Shown: piece by piece, positions 41,667 to 52,657 of the stretch
How positions within the stretch are numbered: position 1 is the first letter of the stretch
How the letters are laid out: every line of letters begins with the position of its first letter
DNA from: Gammaproteobacteria bacterium
GTDB taxonomy: Bacteria; Pseudomonadota; Gammaproteobacteria; UBA4575
Assembly (NCBI GenBank): GCA_965221955.1
Contig: CBDCTA010000029.1
Coordinates: 512,001 to 576,000, forward strand
Length of the DNA: 64,000 nucleotides
Direction of reading: 5' to 3'
Position numbers and translations under genes: made by a program
The notes under the pieces: generated by a model
Database searches by the model: none
What the model saw: only the letters and a program-made list of their open reading frames with translations
What the model was told of the DNA's origin: nothing

Positions 41667-43538
41667 ATGGCGCTTTTGCAAATATCAGAACCTGGTCAAT
41701 CAACAGCCCCACATGAGCATCGATTGGCAGCTGGAATTGATCTTGGTACGACAAATTCCTTGGTTGCAACGGTGCGCAGTGGTGTAGCCGAAACACTCGC
41801 AGATGAAAACGGCGAACACCTTTTGCCTTCAGTGGTGCGCTATATAAGTAACGATGAAATCGAGGTTGGAAAAGCCGCAATCTCACAGGCTGCGGTAGAC
41901 CCATTGAATACCTTGGCATCGGTTAAACGTATCATGGGGAGGTCGGTCAAAGATCTAGCTACATTAGAAGGCTATCTTCCCTATAAATTTAGTGATGATG
42001 TCAGCAATGTACCACGTATTGAAACGATTGCAGGGCCAGTTACACCAATTGAAGTTTCAGCTGAAATCTTAAAGACTTTGCGAGAACGTGCCGAAGCGAG
42101 CTTGGGCGGCGAGTTGAAAGGCATAGTGATTACCGTACCTGCCTATTTTGATGATGCGCAGCGCCAAGCCACTAAAGATGCAGCAACGCTAGCCGGTTTA
42201 AATGTATTTCGTTTGTTAAATGAGCCTACTGCCGCTGCGGTTGCATATGGGCTCGATCAAAAAGCAGAAGGCATCACTGCTATTTATGATTTGGGTGGTG
42301 GCACTTTTGATATTTCCATTTTAAAGCTCACCAAAGGTGTGTTTGAAGTACTTTCCACGGGTGGTGATACCGCTCTAGGTGGTGATGATTTTGACCGCGA
42401 GATTGCTGCTTGGGTTTTAACGCAAGCCAATCTTGATGCCAGTGATGATCATCAAATGATGCGGCGCTTGATGAAAGAGGCACGTCGCGTTAAAGAAGAG
42501 TTAAGTAATGAAGAAGAAGTGCTTATCAGTGTGAAGTTAAATTTAGAGGATAATTTCGAAACTATATTAACTCGCCAACAATTTGAAGAACTAATTGAAG
42601 CACATATTAATAAAACTATTGCTTGGTGTCGTAAAACTATTCGCGAAGCAGGTGTTGATGCTAGTGAAGTTCAGCATGTAGTGATGGTGGGTGGTTCAAC
42701 GCGTACACCTTTTGTGCGCGAAAAAGTTGCTGAGTTTTTTGGTAATCCACCGTTAATTGATATTGATCCTGATAAAGTCGTCGCGATTGGTGCAGCACTG
42801 CAGGCTGATAAACTTGCAGGTAATAATCCTGATGAAGATATGCTGTTGTTAGATGTTCTACCTTTGTCATTAGGCATTGAAACAATGGGAGAATTGGTTG
42901 AAAAAATTATCGAGCGTAATACTGTTATTCCAGTTACCCGGGCACAAAAATTTACGACTTTTAAAGATGGGCAAACGGCAATGCGTATACACGTATTGCA
43001 GGGTGAGCGCGAAAAAGTTTCAGACTGTCGCTCGCTTGCGACGTTTGATTTAACCGGTATTCCACCTATGGTAGCAGGTGCAGCTCATATTCAAGTTACT
43101 TTCCAAGTGGATGCCGACGGCCTTCTTAGTGTTAGCGCAGAGGAACTAAGCAGTGGAGTGCGCGCAAGTGTTGAAGTGAAACCTTCGTATGGTCTTAGTG
43201 ATACCGAAATTGAGACAATGTTAAAAGCTTCTTTTGAGCATGCAGAAGAGGATATGCGAATAAGAATGCTTGCTGAGCAACAAGTAGAGGCAGATCGAGT
43301 TTTAGAAGCATTACGATCCGCTTTAGCGAAAGATGGCTCATTATTAACCGAAGAAGAGTCCGCTAAAATACAGCGAGCTAAAAGTGTTTTATTGCAAGCA
43401 CGTAATGGTAATGACGAAGAGAAAATTAAACAAGCGATTAAAGCGCTTGAAAGTGACAGCGAAGAATTTATTGCACGACGTATGAATCGTAGTGTGCAGC
43501 AAGTGATGAAAGGTCACAAGCTCGAAGAATTTGAATAA
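41667..43538 (+). CDS. hscA: Chaperone HscA
   Basis: [38 protein letters not shown]. Confidence 0.97.
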   Translation: MALLQISEPGQSTAPHEHRLAAGIDLGTTNSLVATVRSGVAETLADENGEHLLPSVVRYISNDEIEVGKAAISQAAVDPLNTLASVKRIMGRSVKDLATLEGYLPYKFSDDVSNVPRIETIAGPVTPIEVSAEILKTLRERAEASLGGELKGIVITVPAYFDDAQRQATKDAATLAGLNVFRLLNEPTAAAVAYGLDQKAEGITAIYDLGGGTFDISILKLTKGVFEVLSTGGDTALGGDDFDREIAAWVLTQANLDASDDHQMMRRLMKEARRVKEELSNEEEVLISVKLNLEDNFETILTRQQFEELIEAHINKTIAWCRKTIREAGVDASEVQHVVMVGGSTRTPFVREKVAEFFGNPPLIDIDPDKVVAIGAALQADKLAGNNPDEDMLLLDVLPLSLGIETMGELVEKIIERNTVIPVTRAQKFTTFKDGQTAMRIHVLQGEREKVSDCRSLATFDLTGIPPMVAGAAHIQVTFQVDADGLLSVSAEELSSGVRASVEVKPSYGLSDTEIETMLKASFEHAEEDMRIRMLAEQQVEADRVLEALRSALAKDGSLLTEEESAKIQRAKSVLLQARNGNDEEKIKQAIKALESDSEEFIARRMNRSVQQVMKGHKLEEFE

Positions 43539-43565
43539 CAAGCATTGGTACAAAGGAATTAAGCG

Positions 43566-43904
43566 GTGCCTAAAATTACATTTAAACCTCATGAAGAAAT
43601 TTGCCCAGAAGGCAAAGTGATCGAGGTAGAATCTGGTATCAGTATTTGTGATGCGGCTTTAAGTAATAAGATTGAAATAGAACATGCATGTGAGAAGTCG
43701 TGTGCGTGTACAACCTGTCATGTCTATGTGCGTGAAGGGTTAGATTCCTTAGCTGAGGCTGAAGAAAATGAGGAGGATTATCTTGATAAGGCTTGGGGTT
43801 TGGAGCCCGATTCTCGTTTGAGTTGTCAGGCGATTGTGGGTGAAGAAGATTTGGTGATTGAAATTCCAAAGTACACTATCAATATGGTTTCCGAAAACCA
43901 CTGA
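43566..43904 (+). CDS. fdx: ISC 2Fe-2S ferredoxin
   Basis: HACEKSCACTTCH, SRLSCQ, IPKYTIN. Confidence 0.97.
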   Translation: MPKITFKPHEEICPEGKVIEVESGISICDAALSNKIEIEHACEKSCACTTCHVYVREGLDSLAEAEENEEDYLDKAWGLEPDSRLSCQAIVGEEDLVIEIPKYTINMVSENH

Positions 43905-44028
43905 AAATGCGTATTTATGTCTCAATATGTCGTTGTTACAGTTTTTTCCAATGCTCATTTACAATCTAGTAAACTGCGCTTCTCAAAAACTGTGCGCCTA
44001 ATTTCGAGACAAAATCCACTATTTTCAG
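43901..44028 (+). repeat. Palindromic element, copy C (fdx/iscX; different terminal arms, same core)
   Basis: Ends CTGAAAATGCGTATTTATGTCTC / GAGACAAAATCCACTATTTTCAG; core CAATGCTCATTTAC..GTAAACTGCGCTT like copy E; left end includes the fdx TGA. Confidence 0.75.
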
Positions 44029-44072
44029 CGCCCTTGTTGTAACAAAGTCTCATCATAGTCGAGGATGTAAAT

Positions 44073-44273
44073 ATGCAATTAAAATGGACGGATTCGTTGG
44101 ATATAGCCATCGCTTTAGATGAAGCACACCCTGATGTGGACCCTCAATATGTGAGGTATACGGACTTACATGCCTGGATTTGTGCCCTTGAGGAATTTGA
44201 TGATGAGCCTGAAGCTTCCAATGAAAAAATTCTCGAGGCGATTCAGATGGCCTGGTTGGATGAACGTGACTGA
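44073..44273 (+). CDS. iscX: Fe-S assembly protein IscX
   Basis: LKWTD..DIAI.L...[21 protein letters not shown]. Confidence 0.96.
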   Translation: MQLKWTDSLDIAIALDEAHPDVDPQYVRYTDLHAWICALEEFDDEPEASNEKILEAIQMAWLDERD

Positions 44274-44463
44274 TTGGCTATTTAGCCCCTCAGATAACTG
44301 GCATTTTTGCCTTCCTTTGCGAACCGCTAAAACATTGCTTCCTGCTGCTTGCTGGGAGTAGAATTCACTGAAAAATATAAGGAAAATTACGGATAAATCA
44401 ATCTGTAAGCCTTATAAGTTAGATTTCATATTAATTACAACAATTATCTAGGAACATATATTT

Positions 44464-44922
44464 ATGGCAATGGAACGCACACTGTCTATCATCAAACCAG
44501 ATGCAGTACTTAATAATGTGATTGGAGATGTTCAAGCACGAATAGAAAGTGCAGGGTTATCCATCATCGCCGTAAAGATGACGCGCTTAAGTAAAAAACA
44601 AGCAGCCTCATTTTATGAAATACATGAAGGAAAAGATTTTTACGAATACTTAATTAAATTTATGACCTCAGGTCCTGTAATTGTACAAGTGCTCGAAGGT
44701 GAAAATGCAATTAAGAACTATCGCAAAGTAATGGGTGCGACGATGTTTGGAAATGCAGAAAAAGGAACAATTAGAGAAAAGTATGCTACTTCAAATGCGC
44801 ACAATGCGGTACATGGTTCTGATTCACCTGAAAATGCCATACGTGAAATTGCTTTCTTTTTTCCTGAACGACAAATTTATCCAAGAAAAAATTATAAGTT
44901 AACTACAGACCCAAACGCATGA
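44464..44922 (+). CDS. ndk: Nucleoside diphosphate kinase (divergent)
   Basis: [28 protein letters not shown]. Confidence 0.94.
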   Translation: MAMERTLSIIKPDAVLNNVIGDVQARIESAGLSIIAVKMTRLSKKQAASFYEIHEGKDFYEYLIKFMTSGPVIVQVLEGENAIKNYRKVMGATMFGNAEKGTIREKYATSNAHNAVHGSDSPENAIREIAFFFPERQIYPRKNYKLTTDPNA

Positions 44923-46067
44923 ACTCTGTTGAAAAGAAATTTGTTAATCAAAACTTGATGGGTATGCCGCATCAAGATTTGGCACAATATTTTTCTGATC
45001 TGGGTGAAAAGTCATTTCGTGCCACGCAAATTATGAAGTGGACACATCAACACGGTATTACTGATTACGTGCAAATGACGAATCTTAGTAAGTCATTGCG
45101 TGATTGGTTAAGTGAAAATGCAATCATTCAACTACCTGAAATGTTGAATGAAGAAATTTCTACTGATGGTACGCGAAAATGGCTGCTACGTGTAAACGAA
45201 AAAAATGCTGTGGAGACGGTATACATTCCTGAAGAGGATAGAGCGACATTATGTGTTTCCTCACAGGCGGGTTGCACGTTGGATTGCACATTTTGTGCTA
45301 CCGCAAGACAGGGTTTTGCGGGAAATCTTACCTCAGCACAAATTATTGCCCAGCTTTGGTTTGCAGAGCATCGCTTACGTAAGCAACTGAATAAGCCAAG
45401 AGTCATCAGCAATATAGTATTTATGGGCATGGGCGAACCGTTGGCGAATTTTGATAATGTGGTGAAAGCCATAGATATCATGATGGATGACAACGCTTAC
45501 GGGTTAGGAAAACGCAAAGTCACAGTGAGCACATCTGGTATCGTGCCTAAAATGGATAAATTGCGTGAAGTGCTGGATGTTAGTTTAGCAGTATCATTAC
45601 ATGCGCCGAATGATGAAATTCGTAATCAGCTTGTGCCTTTAAACCGGCGTTATCCAATAAAAGAATTAATTGCAGCTTGTCATCGTTTTCTAGAAGACAA
45701 AAACCGCAAACACAGCATTACTTTTGAATATGTCATGTTGGATCAAGTCAATGATCAGCCTGAACATGCCAAGCAATTAATCAAAGTGATTAAGGGCTTA
45801 TCGTCAAAAGTGAACTTAATTCCTTTTAATGCATTTGAAAATTCTGGTTATCAACGTTCATCTGATCAAGCGATCGATACATTTAAAGAAATTTTACAAG
45901 CTGCAGATATAACTACGATTACACGTCGTCCCCGTGGCGAAGATATTGCAGCTGCTTGTGGGCAGTTAGCAGGAGATATTAAGGACCAAGTTAAACGCCA
46001 GCGTCATTATGAAAAACTATATGAAGCGGATCTTTTGAAACATAAGATCGAGGTCCAATACGTATGA
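44919..46067 (+). CDS. rlmN: 23S rRNA/tRNA m2A methyltransferase RlmN
   Basis: CVSSQAGC...C.FC, MGMGEP, SLHA, AACGQL. Confidence 0.97.
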   Translation: MNSVEKKFVNQNLMGMPHQDLAQYFSDLGEKSFRATQIMKWTHQHGITDYVQMTNLSKSLRDWLSENAIIQLPEMLNEEISTDGTRKWLLRVNEKNAVETVYIPEEDRATLCVSSQAGCTLDCTFCATARQGFAGNLTSAQIIAQLWFAEHRLRKQLNKPRVISNIVFMGMGEPLANFDNVVKAIDIMMDDNAYGLGKRKVTVSTSGIVPKMDKLREVLDVSLAVSLHAPNDEIRNQLVPLNRRYPIKELIAACHRFLEDKNRKHSITFEYVMLDQVNDQPEHAKQLIKVIKGLSSKVNLIPFNAFENSGYQRSSDQAIDTFKEILQAADITTITRRPRGEDIAAACGQLAGDIKDQVKRQRHYEKLYEADLLKHKIEVQYV

Positions 46068-46840
46068 CGCTGCATAAGTTAATTTTGTTGAGCGTAATAG
46101 TGCTGATTTTATCTGCATGTGCGACCACTTCTAGCACAGATGAACCTCTGGGACAAAACCAAAAAGCTGCAGCAATTAATGTGCAGTTAGGCGTGAATTA
46201 TCTCGGCCAGGGCGAATTTGAGTTAGCAGATAAAAAATTACGTCGTGCTTTGAAACAAGATCCAAGTTCAGCAACTGCTCATTGGGTGTTTGCTTTGTTG
46301 CAGGAAAGACTGGGAGAAGAAGCTGTTGCAGAAAAACATTTTCGTAAAGCGATCTCTTTAGACCCTAAAGATTCTAAGGCGCATAACAATTATGGCACGT
46401 TCTTATGTAAGCAAGATCGGGTTGAAGAAGCAGAAAAAGAATTTCTTCGCGCGATTGAAAATCCTTTATACGCTGATGCAGCTTCTGCCTACGCAAATGC
46501 GGGTATTTGTGTTTTGAAAGTTCCGGATAAGGTAAAAGCGGAAGAATATTTTCAAAAGTCATTAGGCTTAAATGCTTCGCATCGTTCTGCTTTGTACCAA
46601 ATGGCATTGTTAACCTTTGAGCGTCAGGAGTTTGTGCAGACTTCATATTATATGCAGCGTTACGAGAGCGTAGCGAAACATAATTCCCAATCTCTGTGGG
46701 TCGCATATCAAACAGAGGCCAGTCTTGGTAACCAAGGTAAAGCAGACGACTATGCGCATCAGTTGAAAAGATTATATCCAGCTTCTCAGGAAGCGAGATT
46801 GTTAGCAGAAAGTTATTGGAATGCAGGAAGAAAAAATTAA
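46064..46840 (+). CDS. pilW: Type IV pilus TPR lipoprotein PilW/PilF
   Basis: Lipobox LSAC, TPR repeats, NNYG.FLC; position after rlmN. Confidence 0.9.
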   Translation: MTLHKLILLSVIVLILSACATTSSTDEPLGQNQKAAAINVQLGVNYLGQGEFELADKKLRRALKQDPSSATAHWVFALLQERLGEEAVAEKHFRKAISLDPKDSKAHNNYGTFLCKQDRVEEAEKEFLRAIENPLYADAASAYANAGICVLKVPDKVKAEEYFQKSLGLNASHRSALYQMALLTFERQEFVQTSYYMQRYESVAKHNSQSLWVAYQTEASLGNQGKADDYAHQLKRLYPASQEARLLAESYWNAGRKN

Positions 46841-47759
46841 TTTCGAGACACAAGAGTCGGCTAAAAAGTCGATTGAAAAAAGCGTAAGTATCGGCGCTTT
46901 GCTCGTGAACGCGCGTAAAGCTGCTTCATTAAGTCAAGTCGATGTTGCTGAACAAATAAATTTACCTTTGCGTATTGTAAAGGCGCTTGAAGCGGATGAT
47001 TTTGATAACTTACCAGAAGCTACTTATATCCGTGGTTATTTGCGCAACTATGCACGTATTGTTGGAATCAATGCAGATCTATTAATTAACACTTTTAAAG
47101 AACAGCATCATCAAGAGCCTGAGGTGATTACTCCAATACGCTCTAAACAAAGTTATGATCCTGCAATACTATGGAGCACGGCCGCAGTATTTACTATTCT
47201 TGTTGGTTTAGTGGTTACATGGTGGTTTGAATCTAATCCTGTAACTACACCGAGTGTTGAACTTGTTAGTAATGAAAGTACTGCGAAAACGAATACTGAG
47301 ATGAAGCAGGATTTTAAGCACCCTCTCGGTAGTAAAGATGAGTCGGCAGTAGCTGAAGTCCATGATGAACTCCCAGTGCCGATGATTGATCACCAAACAT
47401 CAGAAATGAATAATCCCAGCGTTGTTGATGTCATCACTGAAGATCAGCAACAAGCGATGGAAGATGAATCACGTAACCCTAATCTGGTGAGTCTAAATGA
47501 TGGTGCGCAGATGCTTACTGTCACCTATGTAGAAAAAAGTTGGACAGAAATCAGAGATGCCGATGCAAATACCCTTATGCAAGGTTTGATTGAGCCCGGA
47601 GTCGTGAGAAACTTAAGAGGAAAGCCGCCTTTTGAGGTTTTTCTTGGTAATGCACCCGGCGTAGTAATAGAAGTTAATGGGCTCTATTTTGATCATTCGC
47701 AATATAATAGAAGTAATCGCACAGCACGATTTCAGGTATCGAGCAGCTCACCCAATTAA
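46821..47759 (+). CDS. rodZ: Cell-shape protein RodZ
   Basis: HTH with YIRGYLRNYAR, TM helix, SW.EI.DA...GNAP.V. Confidence 0.92.
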   Translation: MQEEKINFETQESAKKSIEKSVSIGALLVNARKAASLSQVDVAEQINLPLRIVKALEADDFDNLPEATYIRGYLRNYARIVGINADLLINTFKEQHHQEPEVITPIRSKQSYDPAILWSTAAVFTILVGLVVTWWFESNPVTTPSVELVSNESTAKTNTEMKQDFKHPLGSKDESAVAEVHDELPVPMIDHQTSEMNNPSVVDVITEDQQQAMEDESRNPNLVSLNDGAQMLTVTYVEKSWTEIRDADANTLMQGLIEPGVVRNLRGKPPFEVFLGNAPGVVIEVNGLYFDHSQYNRSNRTARFQVSSSSPN

Positions 47760-47782
47760 ATTATTCTTTGCAGAGCCACTCA

Positions 47783-48032
47783 AAGAGGCTCTGATTTATT
47801 AATGCAATGGCTGATATTAGGCAAAAAATGTCGACAAATCTGCCAGGAGCAGATTTGGAAAGCTATGCTAGCCAAAGGCCGAGCGCCAGGAAGGTGCGAG
47901 TCAAATAAGCAATATGTATTGATTTATACATTAGCGATTTGATCAGTTTTTGCTACTGCAAAACTGGTATACAGTACTTCCATATACATAAGATCATTTT
48001 TAACAACATATCAGAATAAATCAGAGTTTCTT
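47783..48032 (-). repeat. Composite palindromic element, copy D (inverted copy-E scaffold carrying two inserted cassettes)
   Basis: TIR AAGAGGCTCTGATTTATT / AATAAATCAGAGTTTCTT; arms match reverse complement of copy E; inserts at 47831-47900 and 47943-47991. Confidence 0.85.
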
Positions 48033-48038
48033 CCAATA

Positions 48039-49328
48039 ATGTCTAAGCGAATACAATCCATTCGCGGCATGCACGACGTGCTGCCGCCAGACAGTAATAA
48101 GTTACGTGCCATCGAGCATGCTACTCAGGATATTTTACAGCAATATGGGTATCAAGAAATTCGCATGCCTATATTGGAACAAACAGAACTGTTTAAACGT
48201 TCGCTGGGTGAAGTAACAGATATCGTAGAAAAAGAAATGTACACTTTCGAAGATCGCAATGGCGATAGCCTAACTTTGCGTCCTGAAGGTACTGCTAGTT
48301 GCGTGCGTGCTGGGATTCAACATGGATTTATTTACGGTCAACCGCAAAGACTTTGGTATTGCGGACCATTTTTTAGACACGAACGTCCACAAAAAGGACG
48401 TTATCGACAATTTCACCAGCTTGGTGTGGAAACTTTTGGCTATGTTGGTCCTGATATTGATGCAGAGTTAATTATATTAAGTGCACAGATGTGGAAGAAA
48501 ATTAATCTTCCCATGCAACCAAAGTTAGAAATTAATAGCTTAGGTTCGTTACAAGCTCGAAAAAGTTATCGTGAAAAGCTCATTCATTACTTGCAGCAAC
48601 ATGAAGATAAGCTAGATAAAGAAGCGCGACAACGTTTACAAACCAATCCAATGCGAATTCTGGATAGTAAAAATCCTGACATGCAAGAGATCATTCAAAA
48701 TGCGCCGAGTCTTTTAGAACACTTGGATGTTGAATCTGCTGAGCATTTTTTACAGTTGCAAAAAATATTAGATACAGTAGGTATTGAATATCAAATTAAT
48801 CCACGCTTAGTGCGTGGTTTAGATTATTACAGTAAAACTGTATTTGAATGGATCGCAGATGGCTTAGGTGCACAAGCGACTATTTGTGCAGGCGGCCGTT
48901 ATGATGGATTGGTAGAGCAGTTGGGAGGCAAGCCCTGTCCCGCAGCGGGTTTTGCGATTGGTTTAGAGCGATTGGCTTCACTGCTAGAGGATAATCAAGC
49001 AGGGGATCAATTATCTAGTTCTTCAATAGATGTTTATATGGTCCTGATGGGCGAAGCGGCTGAAATTGCAGGTACTCAACTAGCCAGTCAGTTACGCAGC
49101 CAGCTGCCCACCTCTTCTGTGATAACAAATTGTGGTGGCGGTAGTATAAAATCACAAATGAAGCGAGCCGATAAGTCCCATGCAAGGCTGGCTTTTATTT
49201 TGGGCGAAGATGAATTGAAAGATCAAAATGTCACAGTGAAATTCTTGCGCGAAAAACGTGAGCAAGAAACTGTGGCACAAAATGAGTTAGCTGCTTTTTT
49301 GACAGCTTATCTTAGCAATAAACCTTAA
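48039..49328 (+). CDS. hisS: Histidine-tRNA ligase
   Basis: RGM.D.LP, KEMY.F, LRPEGTA, FR.ERPQKGRYRQF.Q, LVRGLDYY, GGRYDGL. Confidence 0.98.
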   Translation: MSKRIQSIRGMHDVLPPDSNKLRAIEHATQDILQQYGYQEIRMPILEQTELFKRSLGEVTDIVEKEMYTFEDRNGDSLTLRPEGTASCVRAGIQHGFIYGQPQRLWYCGPFFRHERPQKGRYRQFHQLGVETFGYVGPDIDAELIILSAQMWKKINLPMQPKLEINSLGSLQARKSYREKLIHYLQQHEDKLDKEARQRLQTNPMRILDSKNPDMQEIIQNAPSLLEHLDVESAEHFLQLQKILDTVGIEYQINPRLVRGLDYYSKTVFEWIADGLGAQATICAGGRYDGLVEQLGGKPCPAAGFAIGLERLASLLEDNQAGDQLSSSSIDVYMVLMGEAAEIAGTQLASQLRSQLPTSSVITNCGGGSIKSQMKRADKSHARLAFILGEDELKDQNVTVKFLREKREQETVAQNELAAFLTAYLSNKP

Positions 49329-49348
49329 GGATATATAAGAGAAACGAC

Positions 49349-49996
49349 ATGGCCGAGTACGAAACGGAAGAACAACAAGTTGAAGCGATTAAAGAGTGGT
49401 GGAAACAGAATGGAGTAGCAGTGATTAGTGGTGCAGTGTTAGGTATTGCTGCGTTAGTCGGTTGGCGTGGATGGGGCTGGCATCAAGAAAAACAAGCTAA
49501 TGAGGCTTCTGATATTTTTGCAGTAGTTCATGAAGCGATTAATAAAATTGACACAACTGCATTAACCGAACAAGCTAAAATTTTACGTGAAAATTATGCT
49601 TCAACACCTTATGCATCTTTGGCTGTATTACACGAAGCAAAAATACAAAACGATAAAGGTGATAATACAGCTGCAGAAGAAAGTTTGCGCTGGGTGCTAA
49701 AAAATAGCAAACAAGACAGTGTACAAGACATTGCACGTTTGCGTTTAGCACGCTTACTACTTGCAGAAAATAAAATTGATGAAGCACAAACGATGGTGAA
49801 CGCAAGTACGTCTGAGGCCTATGCATCATTAGCAAACGAAATTCGTGGTGACATTTTTGTTGCTAAAGGGGAACTTGACCAGGCTAAAAAAGCTTATGAT
49901 CAAGCAATGCAATCTGCGAGCGGTAGTGGAGTCGAGTTTTTGGAATTAAAACGTAACGATTTAGGTATTTCTTCTGGAACGCAGCATGATACTTAA
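49349..49996 (+). CDS. yfgM: Ancillary SecYEG subunit YfgM
   Basis: YETEEQQVEAIK.WW..NG, TM, ARLRLAR, E..GD. Confidence 0.93.
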   Translation: MAEYETEEQQVEAIKEWWKQNGVAVISGAVLGIAALVGWRGWGWHQEKQANEASDIFAVVHEAINKIDTTALTEQAKILRENYASTPYASLAVLHEAKIQNDKGDNTAAEESLRWVLKNSKQDSVQDIARLRLARLLLAENKIDEAQTMVNASTSEAYASLANEIRGDIFVAKGELDQAKKAYDQAMQSASGSGVEFLELKRNDLGISSGTQHDT

Positions 49997-51173
49997 TAAA
50001 AGTATCAAGATTATCTTCATTTTATTTCTTGCAAGCTGTTTACAGCTTGCGGGTTGTAGTGTGCTTAAAAAACCGAAAGAGTGGTTTGAAAAAGAAGAGG
50101 ATCCAAGAGAGCCAACAAAACTTACTAAAATTGAAACTGAAAAAATCAGTGTTCAGCAAGTTTGGCGGAACTCAGTTGGTAATCTAGAAGAATCCTACAA
50201 CAAGATTCGCCCGTACATCACTGATCAACGCGTATATCTTTGTGATGCTGAAGGTCGTGTAGAAGCTTGGAAACGTGAAGATGGAAAGCGTTTATGGTCG
50301 ATAAATCTGAAAGAAAATATTTCTGGTGGTGTGAATGGTGGTGAAGGAATTATTGCTATAGGCACTGAAAATGGAGAAGTGATCGCGCTGGGTGCTGAAG
50401 ATGGTGTAGAACGCTGGCGAGCTAAAGTACCTAGTGAAGTAATGTCACTGTCAGAAGCAAAGTATGGTGTTATTGCAGTGCGTACCAATGACAGCAAAGT
50501 GCATGCATTGGAATTAAACTCTGGTAATGTCAGCTGGAGTGCTGGTAGAGGGGCGCCGCCCTTAACATTGCGTGGTGCGAGTCAACCTAAAGTAGTAGGA
50601 GATGTAGTATTAGTAGGTTTTGATGATGGCAAGCTCATGGCTATAAGCCTTCGTGATGGTGAGCCTTTGTGGGAGGTGTCAGTTTCAACACCAAAAGGGC
50701 GTTCTGAGCTCGAACGCATGTCAGATGTTGATGGTGAATTTGCTTATCTAGATGGTATTGTGTTTGCGGCAAGTTTCAACGGTCGTGTGGTTGCCATTGA
50801 CTTAGACACAGGAAAAACATTATGGAGCAAAGATCTTTCTTCTTATGCGGGTTTAGGGGTGGATAGAGAACGAGTGTACGTAACCGATTCTGATGACAGT
50901 GTTTGGGGTTTAGATATTTCTTCAGGTGCAACATTATGGCGGCAAGATAAACTCTTGTATAGAGAACTTACTGCTCCGCAAGTAATGGGTAACTACGTTA
51001 TGACTTGTGATTTCAAAGGCTATTGTCATTGGTTGTCTAAAGAAGATGGGAAAATTATTGGTCGCGATGATATTGCTGGAGATGCTATCGAAGTGGCACC
51101 TGTGGTTATCAATCAGCGTGCTTACGTATTAGCAAACAACGGCTCACTTTCAGTTCTGCAATACCGAAAGTAA
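49986..51173 (+). CDS. bamB: Outer membrane assembly factor BamB
   Basis: Lipobox LAGC, PQQ-like propeller repeats, G.SELER..DVD, G..LW.Q. Confidence 0.93.
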   Translation: MILNKSIKIIFILFLASCLQLAGCSVLKKPKEWFEKEEDPREPTKLTKIETEKISVQQVWRNSVGNLEESYNKIRPYITDQRVYLCDAEGRVEAWKREDGKRLWSINLKENISGGVNGGEGIIAIGTENGEVIALGAEDGVERWRAKVPSEVMSLSEAKYGVIAVRTNDSKVHALELNSGNVSWSAGRGAPPLTLRGASQPKVVGDVVLVGFDDGKLMAISLRDGEPLWEVSVSTPKGRSELERMSDVDGEFAYLDGIVFAASFNGRVVAIDLDTGKTLWSKDLSSYAGLGVDRERVYVTDSDDSVWGLDISSGATLWRQDKLLYRELTAPQVMGNYVMTCDFKGYCHWLSKEDGKIIGRDDIAGDAIEVAPVVINQRAYVLANNGSLSVLQYRK

Positions 51174-51207
51174 TTGCTAATTTTTATTTACCTACGAGTG
51201 TTTAGCT

Positions 51208-52617
51208 ATGAAACCTGTCATTGCACTAGTGGGTCGCCCCAATGTTGGTAAATCAACTTTATTTAATTATCTCACCAAATCTAATCGAGCATTAGTTGCA
51301 GACCAACCAGGTCTCACGCGTGATCGTATTTACGGTATAACTCGGCGTTTCGATGATCGTTACATCGTAATTGATACCGGCGGGATTGCACCGCCAGATG
51401 ATTCCAAAGATCAAGACAGAATGAATCTTGCGATTAGCAACCAAGCATGGATGGCAATTGAAGAGGCGGACTTTGTTTGTTTTCTTGTGGACGGTACGGA
51501 AGGTTTAGTGCCTCAAGATGAAGAAGTATTTTCTAAGCTTAGATCGGCAAATAAGAAAACCGTAGTTTTGGTGAACAAGGCCGATGCCGGTGCGCATAAT
51601 ATGCTGTCTAGTGATTTTTATTCGCTTGGCGCAGAGCAAGTCTATGAGATTTCAGCCAAATCTGGGAAGGGTGTAAGAGACGTATTCAGTAAATTAGATG
51701 AGCAAATTCCGCCTATAGAGGAAGTTGCTGAAGAAGAAGGTGAAGCAAAAGTAATTAAAGTTGCTTTGGTGGGTCGTCCAAATGTAGGGAAATCAACCTT
51801 AGCGAATGCATTGATAGGAGAAGAGCGTTTTGTTACTTCCAATATTCCTGGTACCACACGCGATAGTATTTCGGTGCGCATCGAAAAATTTGGAACACAG
51901 TTTGAGTTAATTGATACTGCAGGTGTTCGTCGACGCAGTAAAGTGCAGGACATGGTAGAAAAATTCAGTGTCGTAAAAACCATTCAAGCCATAGAGGATG
52001 CACACGTTGTTATTTTAATGTTAGATGGCACACAAGAGTTTGCGGAACAAGATGCAAGGTTAGCAGGCATGGTATTAGAAAGTGGGCGTGCAGTAGTGGT
52101 GGCAATAAATAAAACTGACATCAGTTCTAACGAAGATCGCAAGGAGATTCAAAAGGGCTTTGATCTGAAATTACGCTTTTTAGAATATGCAGAAAAGTTG
52201 TTTATTTCAGCTAAAAACAAAGAAGGTGTGACTAAATTACTACGTGCCGCTGTGCGGGCATACAAGTCTGCAAATATAGAAGTGAGTACTGCAGAAATAA
52301 ACCGAATATTAGAAAATGCTCTTGAAAGCTTTCAGCCGCCATTAGTGCGAGGGCGAAGAATTAAACTGAAATATGCAGCGCAAGTAGGCACGAATCCGCC
52401 TACGATTGCTATTCATGGTAATCAAATCGGCAGAATCCCGGGCTCTTATAAGCGCTATCTTGAAAACTACTTTCGCAAAACATTAAAACTAGTCGGCACA
52501 CCAATTTTATTAGTATTCAAACAGCCTGATAACCCTTATGCAGGTAAACGCAATAAACTCACACCAAGACAAGAACGTTCTAGAAAACGCATGCTGAAAA
52601 AAGTGAAGCGTAATTGA
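51208..52617 (+). CDS. der: Ribosome biogenesis GTPase Der
   Basis: Two GRPNVGKS P-loops, PG.TRD, DTGG/DTAG, KH-like C-terminus. Confidence 0.98.
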   Translation: MKPVIALVGRPNVGKSTLFNYLTKSNRALVADQPGLTRDRIYGITRRFDDRYIVIDTGGIAPPDDSKDQDRMNLAISNQAWMAIEEADFVCFLVDGTEGLVPQDEEVFSKLRSANKKTVVLVNKADAGAHNMLSSDFYSLGAEQVYEISAKSGKGVRDVFSKLDEQIPPIEEVAEEEGEAKVIKVALVGRPNVGKSTLANALIGEERFVTSNIPGTTRDSISVRIEKFGTQFELIDTAGVRRRSKVQDMVEKFSVVKTIQAIEDAHVVILMLDGTQEFAEQDARLAGMVLESGRAVVVAINKTDISSNEDRKEIQKGFDLKLRFLEYAEKLFISAKNKEGVTKLLRAAVRAYKSANIEVSTAEINRILENALESFQPPLVRGRRIKLKYAAQVGTNPPTIAIHGNQIGRIPGSYKRYLENYFRKTLKLVGTPILLVFKQPDNPYAGKRNKLTPRQERSRKRMLKKVKRN

Positions 52618-52657
52618 AATAAATAATGTTTAACTGGCTAAATAATAAAATAGCTGC

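Noticed and set aside
47941-47996. GATCA direct repeat flanking insert 2 as a target-site duplication
   Set aside because: The left copy overlaps the cassette's own stem (aligned with copy F), so a duplication cannot be supported from one instance
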